64,000 nt of DNA, from contig JAZQXT010000075.1 in the NCBI GenBank assembly GCA_045633005.1, positions 20,441 through 84,440 on the forward strand, read 5' to 3'. The notes beneath the pieces are model-generated. The model searched no databases and was not told where the DNA came from. It was given only the letters and a program-made list of their open reading frames with translations. Made by a program: the position numbers and the translations under genes. The DNA comes from Eubacteriales bacterium (lineage in GTDB: Bacteria > Bacillota > Clostridia > Oscillospirales > CAG-272). Below, in pieces: positions 38,702 to 47,649 of this stretch (within the stretch, counting starts at the first letter, position 1; each line of letters starts with the position of its first letter).

Positions 38702-38928
38702 AAGGGGCGTCTCATTTAGCGCAGAACAAAAACACGAAAACAAGTAAATAAAAAAGACCGTTTTTTTCATCCGCAAAGATGAATAAAGCGGTCTTTTTAA
38801 GGTAGAAATCCTCACGGATTTCAATTTTTTATACGTGTTTTTTAGCCGCGCTTTTGCCCTCTGGCGTACCCTCGTACGCCTACGACGGCAAAATCACGAC
38901 TTCTGCATCTAACTGAGACGCCCCTTTT
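38700..38928. repeat. Structured intergenic element bounded by perfect 15-bp inverted repeats
   Basis: AAAAGGGGCGTCTCA (38700-38714) and TGAGACGCCCCTTTT (38914-38928) abut the two convergent stop codons. Three nested or independent hairpins lie inside: 38751-38798, 38805-38822, and 38852-38893 (TTTTGCC...GGCGTAC-cctc-GTACGCC...GGCAAAA). Confidence 0.75.
38751..38798. terminator. Two-tier bidirectional terminator inside the 38700-38928 element
   Basis: AAAAAGACCG...TTCATC-cgcaaa-GATGAA...CGGTCTTTTT, with A/T runs on both sides. Confidence 0.6.
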
Positions 38929-38931
38929 CGT

Positions 38932-39789
38932 TTATTGCAGGGCGGAGCCGATAACGGGACCGTACTGCGAGAGATTGGGGATTATAAAATTGACGTTGAA
39001 GCTGTTTTTCAACGACTCGAATACGTCGCGTACGGGTTGCATCGAGGTGAGATTTCCCGTAAGCACGATGTCGCGGATATTAAAGGAGCGTGCGGCGAAT
39101 ATTGCCATCATCGCCACGGTCTCCGTGACCATATTGACTATACCGAGCGATATATCGTGGCGTGTGGCAAGGTCGCTGAGGTTACCGAAGTTCGATGCGG
39201 TAAGGTTTTCGTTTACGTCGGGGTAAATGCCCTTCTTTGAAATATCGCTGATGCGAAGGTCGACCTGCGAAAGATCGCCGCCCTCGCAAAGCTGCTCGAT
39301 GTGGGATATGGTGTCAACGCCAAGCATCTTGCGCGACAGACCGACTATAGTGCCGCCGCCGACACCCGTGCCGCCGAGGTATTCCGTGGTTATCCCCTCG
39401 TCCGTGCATTTTGCGTGTATCAACGCCGTGCCCGTGCCCATGCTGACGACGATAGCCTCCTTGAGTCCCGAAAGATACATTCCGCCTATGCCGATGCTGT
39501 CAAACTCGGATACGCTGTGGCAGGGCAGGGAGTATATGGGGGAGGTAACGAAGGCGGAGCCTGCGCCCGTCATCATTATTCTGTCGATATCGTCAAGCGC
39601 AAGTCCGTTTTCAAGGGTGAATTTTCCAAACGCGCCGTACACCGAGGTCACGGGGTCGGTGGCGCGGACGAACATGGGAGCTATCAGCTTGCCGTCGGGC
39701 GCGAAGCCGACGATCTTCGTGGTGCTTCCGCCTACGTCAATGCCGATAACGGTCTTTTTATTTTTAGGTTTTAGTGTGAATTTTGCCAT
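38932..39789 (-). CDS. coaW: Type II pantothenate kinase (CoaW/fumble-like)
   Basis: ASKHA-fold motifs IGIDVGGSTTKIVGF, MTGAGS, SMGTGTA and GGTGVGGGTIVGL, with overall similarity to the staphylococcal-type enzyme as I recall it. Confidence 0.72.
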   Translation of the reverse strand: MAKFTLKPKNKKTVIGIDVGGSTTKIVGFAPDGKLIAPMFVRATDPVTSVYGAFGKFTLENGLALDDIDRIMMTGAGSAFVTSPIYSLPCHSVSEFDSIGIGGMYLSGLKEAIVVSMGTGTALIHAKCTDEGITTEYLGGTGVGGGTIVGLSRKMLGVDTISHIEQLCEGGDLSQVDLRISDISKKGIYPDVNENLTASNFGNLSDLATRHDISLGIVNMVTETVAMMAIFAARSFNIRDIVLTGNLTSMQPVRDVFESLKNSFNVNFIIPNLSQYGPVIGSALQ

Positions 39790-39845
39790 AATTCTCTCCG
39801 ATTTTTATCAAATTGGAATTTTCTTTAGTTAATTATAACATTATC

Positions 39846-39874
39846 TTGCAAAAAAATCAATATGGTGGTATAAT
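39846..39874 (+). promoter_or_regulatory. Sigma-A promoter TTGCAA-17-TATAAT for HAD-IIA/rqcH
   Basis: Hexamers at 39846-39851 and 39869-39874. Confidence 0.6.
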
Positions 39875-39908
39875 ATTTGATAAGATTATGCTTTAGGAGG
39901 CAATTAAG

Positions 39909-40730
39909 ATGTTTGAAAATCCCAGTAATAAGATATTGCAGGACAAGGAGCTTTACATATTCGATATGGACGGCACGATATATCTCGGCTCGCAGGTGTT
40001 CGATTTTGCCGTTAAATTCATAAATGCGCTTCGCGCATCGGGCAGGAGAGTGCTGTTCTTTACGAACAACGCCTCGCACACCTCTGATTTTTATCTTTCC
40101 AAGCTCACTCGCCTTGGCTTTGCTCCCACGCGCGACGAGATAATGACGTCGGGCGACGTTACCGTTGAGTTTCTTACCCGTCATCGCGGCGGCAAGAGCG
40201 TTTATCTCGTCGGCACGGACGAGCTCGTTGCCGATTTTGCGGCACGCGGTATAAATATTATTTCGGGAGACGAGCCGAGTGCGGATATCGTTATCACGAG
40301 CTTTGACACGAGCCTGACCTATAAAAAGCTCGACGATGCCTGCCGCCTTATCAGAGGCGGCGCGGAGTACCTTTCCACCCACCCCGACTACAACTGTCCG
40401 ACCGAAACGGGATTTATCCCCGACAGCGGCGCGATAGCCGCGTTTTGCACCGCATCGACGGGCAAGACTCCCACGTATTTCGGCAAGCCCTATCGTCAGA
40501 CCGTCGAGATGATAAGCGAGGCTACGGGCGTTTCGCTTGACAAAATGTGCATCTTCGGCGACAGACTCTATACCGACATCGCCCTCGGCAAAAAGCACGG
40601 CGTTACCGCCGTACTCGTATACACGGGCGAGACTACGCGCGAGGACGTGGAGAATGCACTTGAGGCAGACCGTCCCGACTTCGTATTTGACTCGCTCGCC
40701 GAGGCAGATACGGCAATTTTCGGAGCATAA
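39909..40730 (+). CDS. HAD-superfamily hydrolase (subfamily IIA, NagD-like sugar phosphatase)
   Basis: YIFDMDGTIY (motif I), FFTNNAS (motif II), KP...IFGDRLYTDIALG (motifs III/IV). Confidence 0.8.
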   Translation: MFENPSNKILQDKELYIFDMDGTIYLGSQVFDFAVKFINALRASGRRVLFFTNNASHTSDFYLSKLTRLGFAPTRDEIMTSGDVTVEFLTRHRGGKSVYLVGTDELVADFAARGINIISGDEPSADIVITSFDTSLTYKKLDDACRLIRGGAEYLSTHPDYNCPTETGFIPDSGAIAAFCTASTGKTPTYFGKPYRQTVEMISEATGVSLDKMCIFGDRLYTDIALGKKHGVTAVLVYTGETTREDVENALEADRPDFVFDSLAEADTAIFGA

Positions 40731-40744
40731 AGGAATTTTATTGA

Positions 40745-42514
40745 ATGTCATTTGACGCAGGAATGCTTGCCGCCGTCATCGCGGAAATAAACGCGGGCGC
40801 GGCGGGCGGAAGAATAGAAAAGGTCTATCAGCCGCAAAACGACGAGGTCGTTTTGCTTATGCGCACGCGGGACGGCGGCCGCCGTCTGCTATTGCGTTGC
40901 GGCGCAAATGACCCGCGAATATGCTTTACGGGTGTAGCGAGGGATAACCCCGCCGCACCGCCCACGCTTTGTATGCTTTTGCGTAAGCACCTCGGCGGAG
41001 CTTTTCTCGTTGGCGTAAAGCAGCTTGGCTTTGAGCGTGTAGCAAGCCTTGAGTTTGACGCGCGTGACGAGCTTGGCTTTCCTTGCAAAAAGTATCTTAT
41101 AGCCGAGGTTATGGGCAAAAACAGCAACCTCATCTTCACCGACGGCGATATGAAGATACTTGCCGCGCTTCGTACCGTAGACTTTACCACCTCGCGCTTG
41201 CGTCAGGTGCTTGTGGGTATGAAGTACGAGCTTCCGCCGCCGCAGGCGGATAAGCGCGACCCGCGCGGCGAGAGCGAGGACGGCTTTTTCCGTGCCGTAA
41301 GCGACGCAAGCGGAGAGATGACGGCGGCGAAATTTATAAATTCAACCTATCTTGGTATAGCCCCCGTCGTTGCAAGGGAAATAGTCACGCGCGCCTGCGG
41401 ACGCGCCGACGCGAGCCTTTGCGACGTGGATATAAGTGCGCTTTATAAAGCGTTTTCGGGAGTGTACGCGGATCTGAATTCGGGCAACACCTTACCCGTT
41501 ATCGCGTACGACGGATCAAAGCCCGTGGAGTATTCCTTCCTTCCGCTTACGCAGTACGGCGTGGAGAATTGCCGTATTTGCGAAAGCTTTGGTGAGATGC
41601 TCGATATCTATTTCGGAGAGCGCGACAGAGCCGCGCTCGTCAGCGCACGCGCCGCAGACCTTCAGCGTGCCGTTGCCTCGGCGCAATCGAGACTCCAGCG
41701 TAAGCTTGAGGCACAGCGAGCCGAGCTTGCCGATTGCGACAAGGGTGACGAATGCCGCCGCGATGCCGACCTCATTATAGCTAACCTCTATCAGCTAAAA
41801 AGAGGCGACGAGAGCGTGCGCCTTATCGACTACTCCGAAATGCTTCCCGACGGCAGCTTTGCGCTTCGCAGTCTTACGCTTGACCCGCGCCTTACGCCCT
41901 CGGCAAACGCGCAAAGGCTTTACAAAAAATACAACAAATCCTGCACGGCAAGGATAGAGCTTGCAAAGCAGATAAAGCTTGCCGAGCGCGAGCTTGAATA
42001 TATAATGAGCGTAAAGGACGCGCTCAACCGCGCCGAGTCGGGTGCGGGGCTTGCTCAGATACGCGCAGAGCTTGAAAGTGTCGGAGTCTTGCGTGCCCGT
42101 AAGGGGGCGGCACCCGCCAAGAGCGTAAAAGCGCCGCTTGGCGAATACGTTACCACCAACGGCTACGAGGTGCTTTGCGGAAAGAACAATCTGCAAAACG
42201 AGGAGATCACCTTCCGCCGCGCAGAGAAGGGAGACATCTGGTTTCACGCTAAGGGTGTCCCCGGTTCACACGTTCTTTTGCGTACGTGCGGAGCACCGCT
42301 TGACGATATTCCCGACGAGGACCTTAACGACGCTCTGTGTATCGCCGCGTATAATTCAGACGCACGCGAGGGCAACAACGTAGCGGTGGATTACGTGGAC
42401 GTTCGCCACGTTAAAAAGCCGCCGTCCGCACGTCCCGGACTCGTTATTTATCACACCAATTACACGGCGTATATAACGCCCGATGCGGAAAAAGTCGCAT
42501 CTATGAAAAAATGA
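40745..42514 (+). CDS. rqcH: Ribosome-quality-control factor RqcH (NFACT / FbpA family)
   Basis: NFACT-N (MSFDAGMLAAVIAEINAGAAGGRIEKVYQPQNDEVVLLMR). Coiled-coil middle region. NFACT-R (GYEVLCGKNNLQNEEITFRRAEKGDIWFHAKGVPGSHVLL). Confidence 0.85.
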   Translation: MSFDAGMLAAVIAEINAGAAGGRIEKVYQPQNDEVVLLMRTRDGGRRLLLRCGANDPRICFTGVARDNPAAPPTLCMLLRKHLGGAFLVGVKQLGFERVASLEFDARDELGFPCKKYLIAEVMGKNSNLIFTDGDMKILAALRTVDFTTSRLRQVLVGMKYELPPPQADKRDPRGESEDGFFRAVSDASGEMTAAKFINSTYLGIAPVVAREIVTRACGRADASLCDVDISALYKAFSGVYADLNSGNTLPVIAYDGSKPVEYSFLPLTQYGVENCRICESFGEMLDIYFGERDRAALVSARAADLQRAVASAQSRLQRKLEAQRAELADCDKGDECRRDADLIIANLYQLKRGDESVRLIDYSEMLPDGSFALRSLTLDPRLTPSANAQRLYKKYNKSCTARIELAKQIKLAERELEYIMSVKDALNRAESGAGLAQIRAELESVGVLRARKGAAPAKSVKAPLGEYVTTNGYEVLCGKNNLQNEEITFRRAEKGDIWFHAKGVPGSHVLLRTCGAPLDDIPDEDLNDALCIAAYNSDAREGNNVAVDYVDVRHVKKPPSARPGLVIYHTNYTAYITPDAEKVASMKK

Positions 42515-42555
42515 GATAATATTTTCTGAAATTTGAAAAAAATTTCAAAAAACTA

Positions 42556-42584
42556 TTGCATTTTCACTCGATATGTGATATTAT
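42556..42584 (+). promoter_or_regulatory. Sigma-A promoter TTGCAT-17-TATTAT for rpsT
   Basis: Hexamers at 42556-42561 and 42579-42584. Confidence 0.55.
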
Positions 42585-42660
42585 ATTTAACTGTGAAGAA
42601 ATAGGAGTGTGTGTCCTCTCAGTCTCACCCTTTTCTGTAAAATATTAGGGAGGTTTAGAA

Positions 42661-42924
42661 ATGGCAAACATTAAGTCTGCAAAGAAGCGTATTCTCGTTA
42701 TCGAAAAGAGAACTCTTGTTAACAAGATCGCTCGCACCAAGCTCAAGACCATCGTTAAGAAGTTTGTTGCCGCTGTTGAGTCGGGTGACAAGGCTGCCGC
42801 AACCGTAGCTTACACCGCTGCTGTTAAGGCTGTTGATCAGGCTGCTGCTCGTGGAATCATCCACAAGAACGCTGCCGCTCACAAGAAGAGCCAGTTCACT
42901 AAGAAGCTCAACGCCATGGCGTAA
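42661..42924 (+). CDS. rpsT: 30S ribosomal protein S20
   Basis: MANIKSAKKRILVIEKRTLVNK... with ARGIIHKNAAAHKKS. GGGAGG RBS. Confidence 0.95.
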   Translation: MANIKSAKKRILVIEKRTLVNKIARTKLKTIVKKFVAAVESGDKAAATVAYTAAVKAVDQAAARGIIHKNAAAHKKSQFTKKLNAMA

Positions 42925-42956
42925 TTCTTGGCGTATATATAATATACCCAAAGGGG

Positions 42957-42998
42957 AAAAGGAACGCAAGTCGTGCTTGCGGCCTTTTCTTTTTTATC
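42957..42998 (+). terminator. Intrinsic terminator after rpsT
   Basis: CGCAAG-tcgtg-CTTGCG core with an extended imperfect stem, followed by TTTTCTTTTTT. Confidence 0.6.
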
Positions 42999-43008
42999 TC
43001 AGCGCCGC

Positions 43009-43037
43009 TTGACAGTAATATCGTGCGGTGCTATAAT
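43009..43037 (+). promoter_or_regulatory. Consensus sigma-A promoter TTGACA-17-TATAAT for the DUF2974-like gene
   Basis: Perfect hexamers at 43009-43014 and 43032-43037. Confidence 0.65.
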
Positions 43038-43057
43038 AAAGCACAGAGGTGTTTTTA

Positions 43058-44134
43058 ATGTCTGATATTTTTGATTATCTTAAATGGCGCGGAGACCTTA
43101 GCTTTTCCGTCGCTCCGCTGTGCGAGGTGGACGCTCTGATATTTGCGGAGCTTTCATACATAGACCTTGGCGGTATCGTTCCCACGCGGACTCGGGTTCA
43201 GGGAATATCCCTAAAAAACGCCGCGCGCCGATATTTTGATTCATACAGGGGCAGGGAAATAAGACTTGGCAAGCTGCTTCCCGACTCTATACTAAAGCTT
43301 CTTCGCGTTGCCGCAGAAACCAAACGCTTTTCCGAGGTGCGTATGCTCGGCTACCGTGCCGTGCTTGACGAGGCGCGTGGCGAGCAATTTTCTGCCGTTA
43401 CGTTTTTAATAGAGGGCGGAACGTATTGTGTGACCTTTCGCGGAACGGACGATAGCATACTCGGCTGGAAGGAGGACTTCAGAATGTCCTTCTGCCGTGA
43501 GATACCCGCGCAGACTCACGCTCTTCGATATCTAAATAGAGTCGCGCAGAATAACGACGGCGCAAGCTTCGTCGTATGCGGTCACAGTAAGGGCGGAAAT
43601 CTTGCGGTGTGGTCGGCAGTACACGCCGAAAAGAACGTGCGCGATGCAATAAAGGTCGTTTATAATTTTGACGGCCCCGGATTTTTGCACGACGTAAAGC
43701 TCTCCGAGGGCTATCGTGATATTGAAAAAAGGATAAATACCATCGTACCCGAACGCTCCGTGGTCGGAATGTTCTTTTACGACGGTGCAAGATACCGTAC
43801 GGTAAAGAGCAGTGCCAAGGGGCTTTATCAGCACGATGCTATGTCGTGGCTTACCGAGCCGCGCGGCTTTACTCCCGCTGTGGATATCGACCCCGAATAT
43901 AAAAAGGTAAATAAAAAGCTCAGCAGATGGATGGCAAATATGAGCGACGCGGAGCGCAAGGCGGTGGTCGAATCGCTTTTCGGTCTGCTTTATTCAACGA
44001 AGGCAACGACGCTTACGGAGCTTGCGGCGGACAGCCCTGCACTTTGGCGGGCGTTCGTCAGGTCGGATGCGGAGACCTCGGCGGCGCTGAAAATAGGACT
44101 TCGCGCCTTGTTTGCGGATTTTAAAAAGAAGTAA
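43058..44134 (+). CDS. Alpha/beta-hydrolase (lipase-like) protein, DUF2974/Mbeg1-like
   Basis: Typical N-terminus IFDYLKWRGDLSF...EVDALIFAELSYI. Nucleophile elbow CGHSKGG. Confidence 0.78.
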   Translation: MSDIFDYLKWRGDLSFSVAPLCEVDALIFAELSYIDLGGIVPTRTRVQGISLKNAARRYFDSYRGREIRLGKLLPDSILKLLRVAAETKRFSEVRMLGYRAVLDEARGEQFSAVTFLIEGGTYCVTFRGTDDSILGWKEDFRMSFCREIPAQTHALRYLNRVAQNNDGASFVVCGHSKGGNLAVWSAVHAEKNVRDAIKVVYNFDGPGFLHDVKLSEGYRDIEKRINTIVPERSVVGMFFYDGARYRTVKSSAKGLYQHDAMSWLTEPRGFTPAVDIDPEYKKVNKKLSRWMANMSDAERKAVVESLFGLLYSTKATTLTELAADSPALWRAFVRSDAETSAALKIGLRALFADFKKK

Positions 44135-44177
44135 AATAGGCAAATGCGCCGTTTTGTAAGGTTTTTTCTGCTTTTTC

Positions 44178-44206
44178 TTGATATGATGTCGATTTTGTGA
44201 TATAAT
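44178..44206 (+). promoter_or_regulatory. Sigma-A promoter TTGATA-17-TATAAT for the DUF3006-plsY-methyltransferase-FolC-like operon
   Basis: Hexamers at 44178-44183 and 44201-44206. Confidence 0.6.
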
Positions 44207-44235
44207 GAAATATAATTCTTTTGTCGAGGTGTAGC

Positions 44236-44481
44236 GTGAAAAAGGAGCTTTTGCTTGTCGTTGACAGATTTGAGGGCGGCTTTGCCGTTTGCGTGGACGA
44301 CGACGAGAACGTTTTTAATCTTGATAAAACCGCTCTATCGGACGTAGCCGAGGGAGATTGCTTCCTTGCGGAGCGGGACGGCGATAAGGTCAGCTTCGTC
44401 AGAGCATTGCCCGACGAGACCGCGCGCCGAAAGGCGGAGGCAGCGGCTATGCTTGCCGCGCTGTTTGCAAAAAATAATTGA
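44236..44481 (+). CDS. DUF3006-like small protein
   Basis: LLLVVDRFEGGFAVCVDDDENVFNLDKTALSDVAEGDCF is the typical pattern of this family as I recall it. GTG at 44236 lies 4 nt after GAGGTG. The ORF-track TTG at 44221 has no RBS. Confidence 0.65.
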   Translation: MKKELLLVVDRFEGGFAVCVDDDENVFNLDKTALSDVAEGDCFLAERDGDKVSFVRALPDETARRKAEAAAMLAALFAKNN

Positions 44482-44496
44482 AAAGGAAAATAAGTT

Positions 44497-45327
44497 ATGA
44501 TAAAAGGTATTTTCGATAGCTTATATGAAAGCGACCTCGGTCAGAGTGCATTCTTTACGTCGGGCGCCGCTTACGCCGTGGCGATAATCCTTTGTATGGT
44601 GGTTGGGTATCTGCTCGGCAGTATAAACTCCGCTATCGTGGTTTCGAAATTAAAGTACAAGCAGGATATCAGAGAATACGGAAGCAAGAATGCGGGAATG
44701 ACGAATATGTTCCGCGTTTACGGAAAGACGGGCGGACTTCTTACCCTTGCGGGTGATTTCGCAAAAACGCTCGTAGCCGTGACCTTTGCGGATATACTCA
44801 TCGGTAACGGCAAGCTCTTTATCGGAAGCGAGGGAGCTTACGTTGCGGGATTTTTCTGTATGCTCGGTCACATTTTTCCGCTTTACTATAAGTTCAAGGG
44901 CGGCAAGGGCGTGCTCGTTACAGCCACCACGCTGCTTCTTATCGAGCCCGTCGTTTTTGCCGTAATGTTCGTTATATTTGCCGTGATATTCCTCGGCTCG
45001 AAGATGGTTTCGCTTGGCTCCGTTATGAGCGCACTTCTTTTGCCCGTTATAGTCGATAGCTATTATAAGGTGCTAATAGGTCACAGCGGCGCGGCGGGCG
45101 CGATAAGAATGATAATAATCTTCCTTACCGCAGGCATCGTCGTATTTATGCACCGCGCAAACATCAAGCGCATATACAACGGCGAGGAATCCAAAATGGA
45201 GCTTTTTAAGAAAAAGAAGCTCCCCGAAACCTCGGATGAGGCAGAGGAAGAAGAAGCCGAAATTGCTCCGAGAGGGGAAAAGGCGGATAAAAATACCAGC
45301 CGTAAAAAGCTAAGGAAGAAAAAATGA
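44497..45327 (+). CDS. plsY: Acyl-phosphate:glycerol-3-phosphate acyltransferase PlsY, with a long charged C-terminal tail
   Basis: GSINSAIVVSK...YGSKNAGMTNMFR, HIFPLYYKFKGGKG. The final ~55 aa are Lys/Glu-rich (KKKKLPETSDEAEEEEAEIAPRGEKADKNTSRKKLRKKK). Confidence 0.85.
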   Translation: MIKGIFDSLYESDLGQSAFFTSGAAYAVAIILCMVVGYLLGSINSAIVVSKLKYKQDIREYGSKNAGMTNMFRVYGKTGGLLTLAGDFAKTLVAVTFADILIGNGKLFIGSEGAYVAGFFCMLGHIFPLYYKFKGGKGVLVTATTLLLIEPVVFAVMFVIFAVIFLGSKMVSLGSVMSALLLPVIVDSYYKVLIGHSGAAGAIRMIIIFLTAGIVVFMHRANIKRIYNGEESKMELFKKKKLPETSDEAEEEEAEIAPRGEKADKNTSRKKLRKKK

Positions 45328-46514
45328 CCGATAACGTAAAAACGGCGGCGCACATAGCCACCATTGCCGCAGAGAAAAGCGTGCTTCGCAAATGCACGCT
45401 CTCAAAGCCCGCCGACAGCGCCGTAATGCGCTCCGAAATATCGATGATGAGGCTTGGCGGCGAGACCGCCCTGCGCCTTGTGACCTATATGAAGGACGGC
45501 AAGGCTATACAGAAAAACGTAAGCGCGGACGAGCTTTGTGCATTTTTTGAGGAAAACTCCTACGGACAGATAAATATCATCACCACGCTTGGCGAGTGTG
45601 AGCTTCGCCGCTCGAAATCGGGGAAGGTCACGCTTCTTGGCGGGGATAGGCTTCTCCGCGCCATCGGGGCGGAGGTTTCCGAGGACAAAATGCTTGCGCC
45701 CGAGTCAAATGACAGAAAGAAAAACCGTATACTTACGGGTGACGAGCCGTTTTTGTACGAGCTTGGTATAAGCGATAAAAACGGACGTATACACGATAAA
45801 AAGCAAGGAAAATTCAGGCAGATTTGCAGATTCCTCGAATACGTAAGGGATATTGAGGAGCATCTGCCGACGGACGGTGAGCTTCGCATCTGCGACCTCT
45901 GTTGCGGAAAAAGCTACCTTTCCTTTGCTCTCTACCACTATTTTGCAATAGCCAAAAATCGCAAGGTCAGTATGACGGGCGTTGACCTAAAGCCCGACGT
46001 TGTGGATTACTGCAATCGCGTTTGCGAAAGCCTCGGATTTTCGGGACTTGAATTTGTTTGCGGCGACGCGATAAAATACGAGACCGAAACGCCCCCGTCG
46101 CTCGTCGTTTCGCTCCACGCTTGCGATATTGCGACGGATATCGTTCTTCACCGCGCCGCTGATTGGGGCGCGAAGGTCATACTCTCGACCCCCTGCTGTC
46201 ACCACGAGCTTGCGAATAAGATAAATTGCGAGCCGCTCGGCTTCGTCTCGGCGTATCCGATGCTCAAGCGCAAGATGTGCGACGCGCTGACCGATGCCGC
46301 CCGCCTCGCGTTTTTGAAGAGCCGCGGCTACGCTGTCTCGGCGGCGGAGCTTGTAGACCCCGACGATACGCCCAAAAACGTACTGCTTCGCGCAGTAAGA
46401 AAAAAGAATTTCGATCCCACCTCGCGTGAAGCGAAAAGGGCGGCGGCTGAATACGAGGAGATCAAGCGCTTCCTCGTTGGAGACGAAAAGCTCTTTGCCG
46501 ATACTCTCGAATGA
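45324..46514 (+). CDS. Class I SAM-dependent methyltransferase (Methyltransf_32-like), unknown substrate
   Basis: SAM motif I RICDLCCGKSYLS. Post-I GVDLK. SLHACDIATD. It overlaps plsY by 4 nt. Confidence 0.68.
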   Translation: MTDNVKTAAHIATIAAEKSVLRKCTLSKPADSAVMRSEISMMRLGGETALRLVTYMKDGKAIQKNVSADELCAFFEENSYGQINIITTLGECELRRSKSGKVTLLGGDRLLRAIGAEVSEDKMLAPESNDRKKNRILTGDEPFLYELGISDKNGRIHDKKQGKFRQICRFLEYVRDIEEHLPTDGELRICDLCCGKSYLSFALYHYFAIAKNRKVSMTGVDLKPDVVDYCNRVCESLGFSGLEFVCGDAIKYETETPPSLVVSLHACDIATDIVLHRAADWGAKVILSTPCCHHELANKINCEPLGFVSAYPMLKRKMCDALTDAARLAFLKSRGYAVSAAELVDPDDTPKNVLLRAVRKKNFDPTSREAKRAAAEYEEIKRFLVGDEKLFADTLE

Positions 46515-47629
46515 AGCTTCATACGGCAAATAAATACCTCTCATCCCTTCCGCGAAAGTCGGAGAAGGGACTCGTAGCCCGCTTTGACGCATTGCGCGAG
46601 GCTACCCTCACCGCCGTTGGTGCAGACACGGCGCTTACCGTTTTGCTTACCGTTTCGGGCGAGGAGCATTCTTTCGTTTGCCGCGCCGCGATGGCGGCTC
46701 TTGCGCACGCGGGATACAATGCAGCGCTGATAAGCCTTGATCCCGAAGCACCTCTTGAAGAGATGGTGCATATAGGAAAAAACGCTGTCTCCGACGACGA
46801 GGCGGCGCAGGTGGCGACCGCCGTGCGCCAAGCGGCTGTCTCGCTCGGAATAACGCCAACTCTCATAGAGGCAAAGCTCTTATGCGCTTTAGCACTTTGT
46901 AGCCGCAAGGGATGCAAGAACGTGATAGTGGGCTTCGATCCGATGAATATTCCTCACGCTTTTTACGATATTTTCCCCTCTGCACGGACGGTTGCGCTCT
47001 TGCCATCGGAGGCGAGCGTTTCCGAAAGCTCTTCCATCGTGCGTAAAGGAGTCCTTGAGGTCATAAGCGCTCCGCGCGGCGAGGAGGAGTATAGGGCGAT
47101 ATCGGCGGTGTGCGCCAAGGTCAATTGCCGCCACAGCGTTATATCAAGATCCGCCGTCGCTTCCCCCACGCTCACTTACAAGGGGATAGAGTTTTTGTAT
47201 AAGGACCGTAAATATGCTATGCGCGGACATTCCGAAAGTATGATCGCCGAAGCAGTTGCGGCTATTTTGGCGGCTCGCGCACTTGAAAGGCGCGGATTTA
47301 AGATAAGCGAGGGCGACGTTGGTGCTATACTTCCCGACGTGGCTGTGGAGTATGGGTGCAGGATAGTGTCCTACAATCCGTGCGTCATAGCTCTCGTGTG
47401 CCGAAACGGCAGACCGTCGCCGCAGATCAGGAGCGATGCCGAGAGGGTGTGCGCCCGTTTTGACAAACCGCTCCGTCTTTTTTCCGAATTTAGCGGAGAT
47501 GCGGAGCTTGAAGGCGCTTTTGGCTCGTGTTACAGCGGCGAATGCGCTCTTTGCGTAGAAGGAACTCCGCATTTTGTCCGTGATACCCTGAATGCGCTTG
47601 AGGGTTGGATATCTCCACCCGTTAAATAA
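46511..47629 (+). CDS. FolC/Mur-ligase-like protein with degenerate nucleotide-binding loop
   Basis: By-eye collinearity with folylpolyglutamate synthase: YL.SL...E, then LLTVSGEEHSF where FolC has HVAGTNGKGST, then IGKNAVSDDEAAQV vs NGIPISDEEW, then PTLIEAKLLCALAL vs PTEFEIMTACAF. It overlaps the upstream gene by 4 nt. Confidence 0.45.
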   Translation: MKLHTANKYLSSLPRKSEKGLVARFDALREATLTAVGADTALTVLLTVSGEEHSFVCRAAMAALAHAGYNAALISLDPEAPLEEMVHIGKNAVSDDEAAQVATAVRQAAVSLGITPTLIEAKLLCALALCSRKGCKNVIVGFDPMNIPHAFYDIFPSARTVALLPSEASVSESSSIVRKGVLEVISAPRGEEEYRAISAVCAKVNCRHSVISRSAVASPTLTYKGIEFLYKDRKYAMRGHSESMIAEAVAAILAARALERRGFKISEGDVGAILPDVAVEYGCRIVSYNPCVIALVCRNGRPSPQIRSDAERVCARFDKPLRLFSEFSGDAELEGAFGSCYSGECALCVEGTPHFVRDTLNALEGWISPPVK

Positions 47630-47649
47630 TAAAAGAAAGGTTATAAGCA

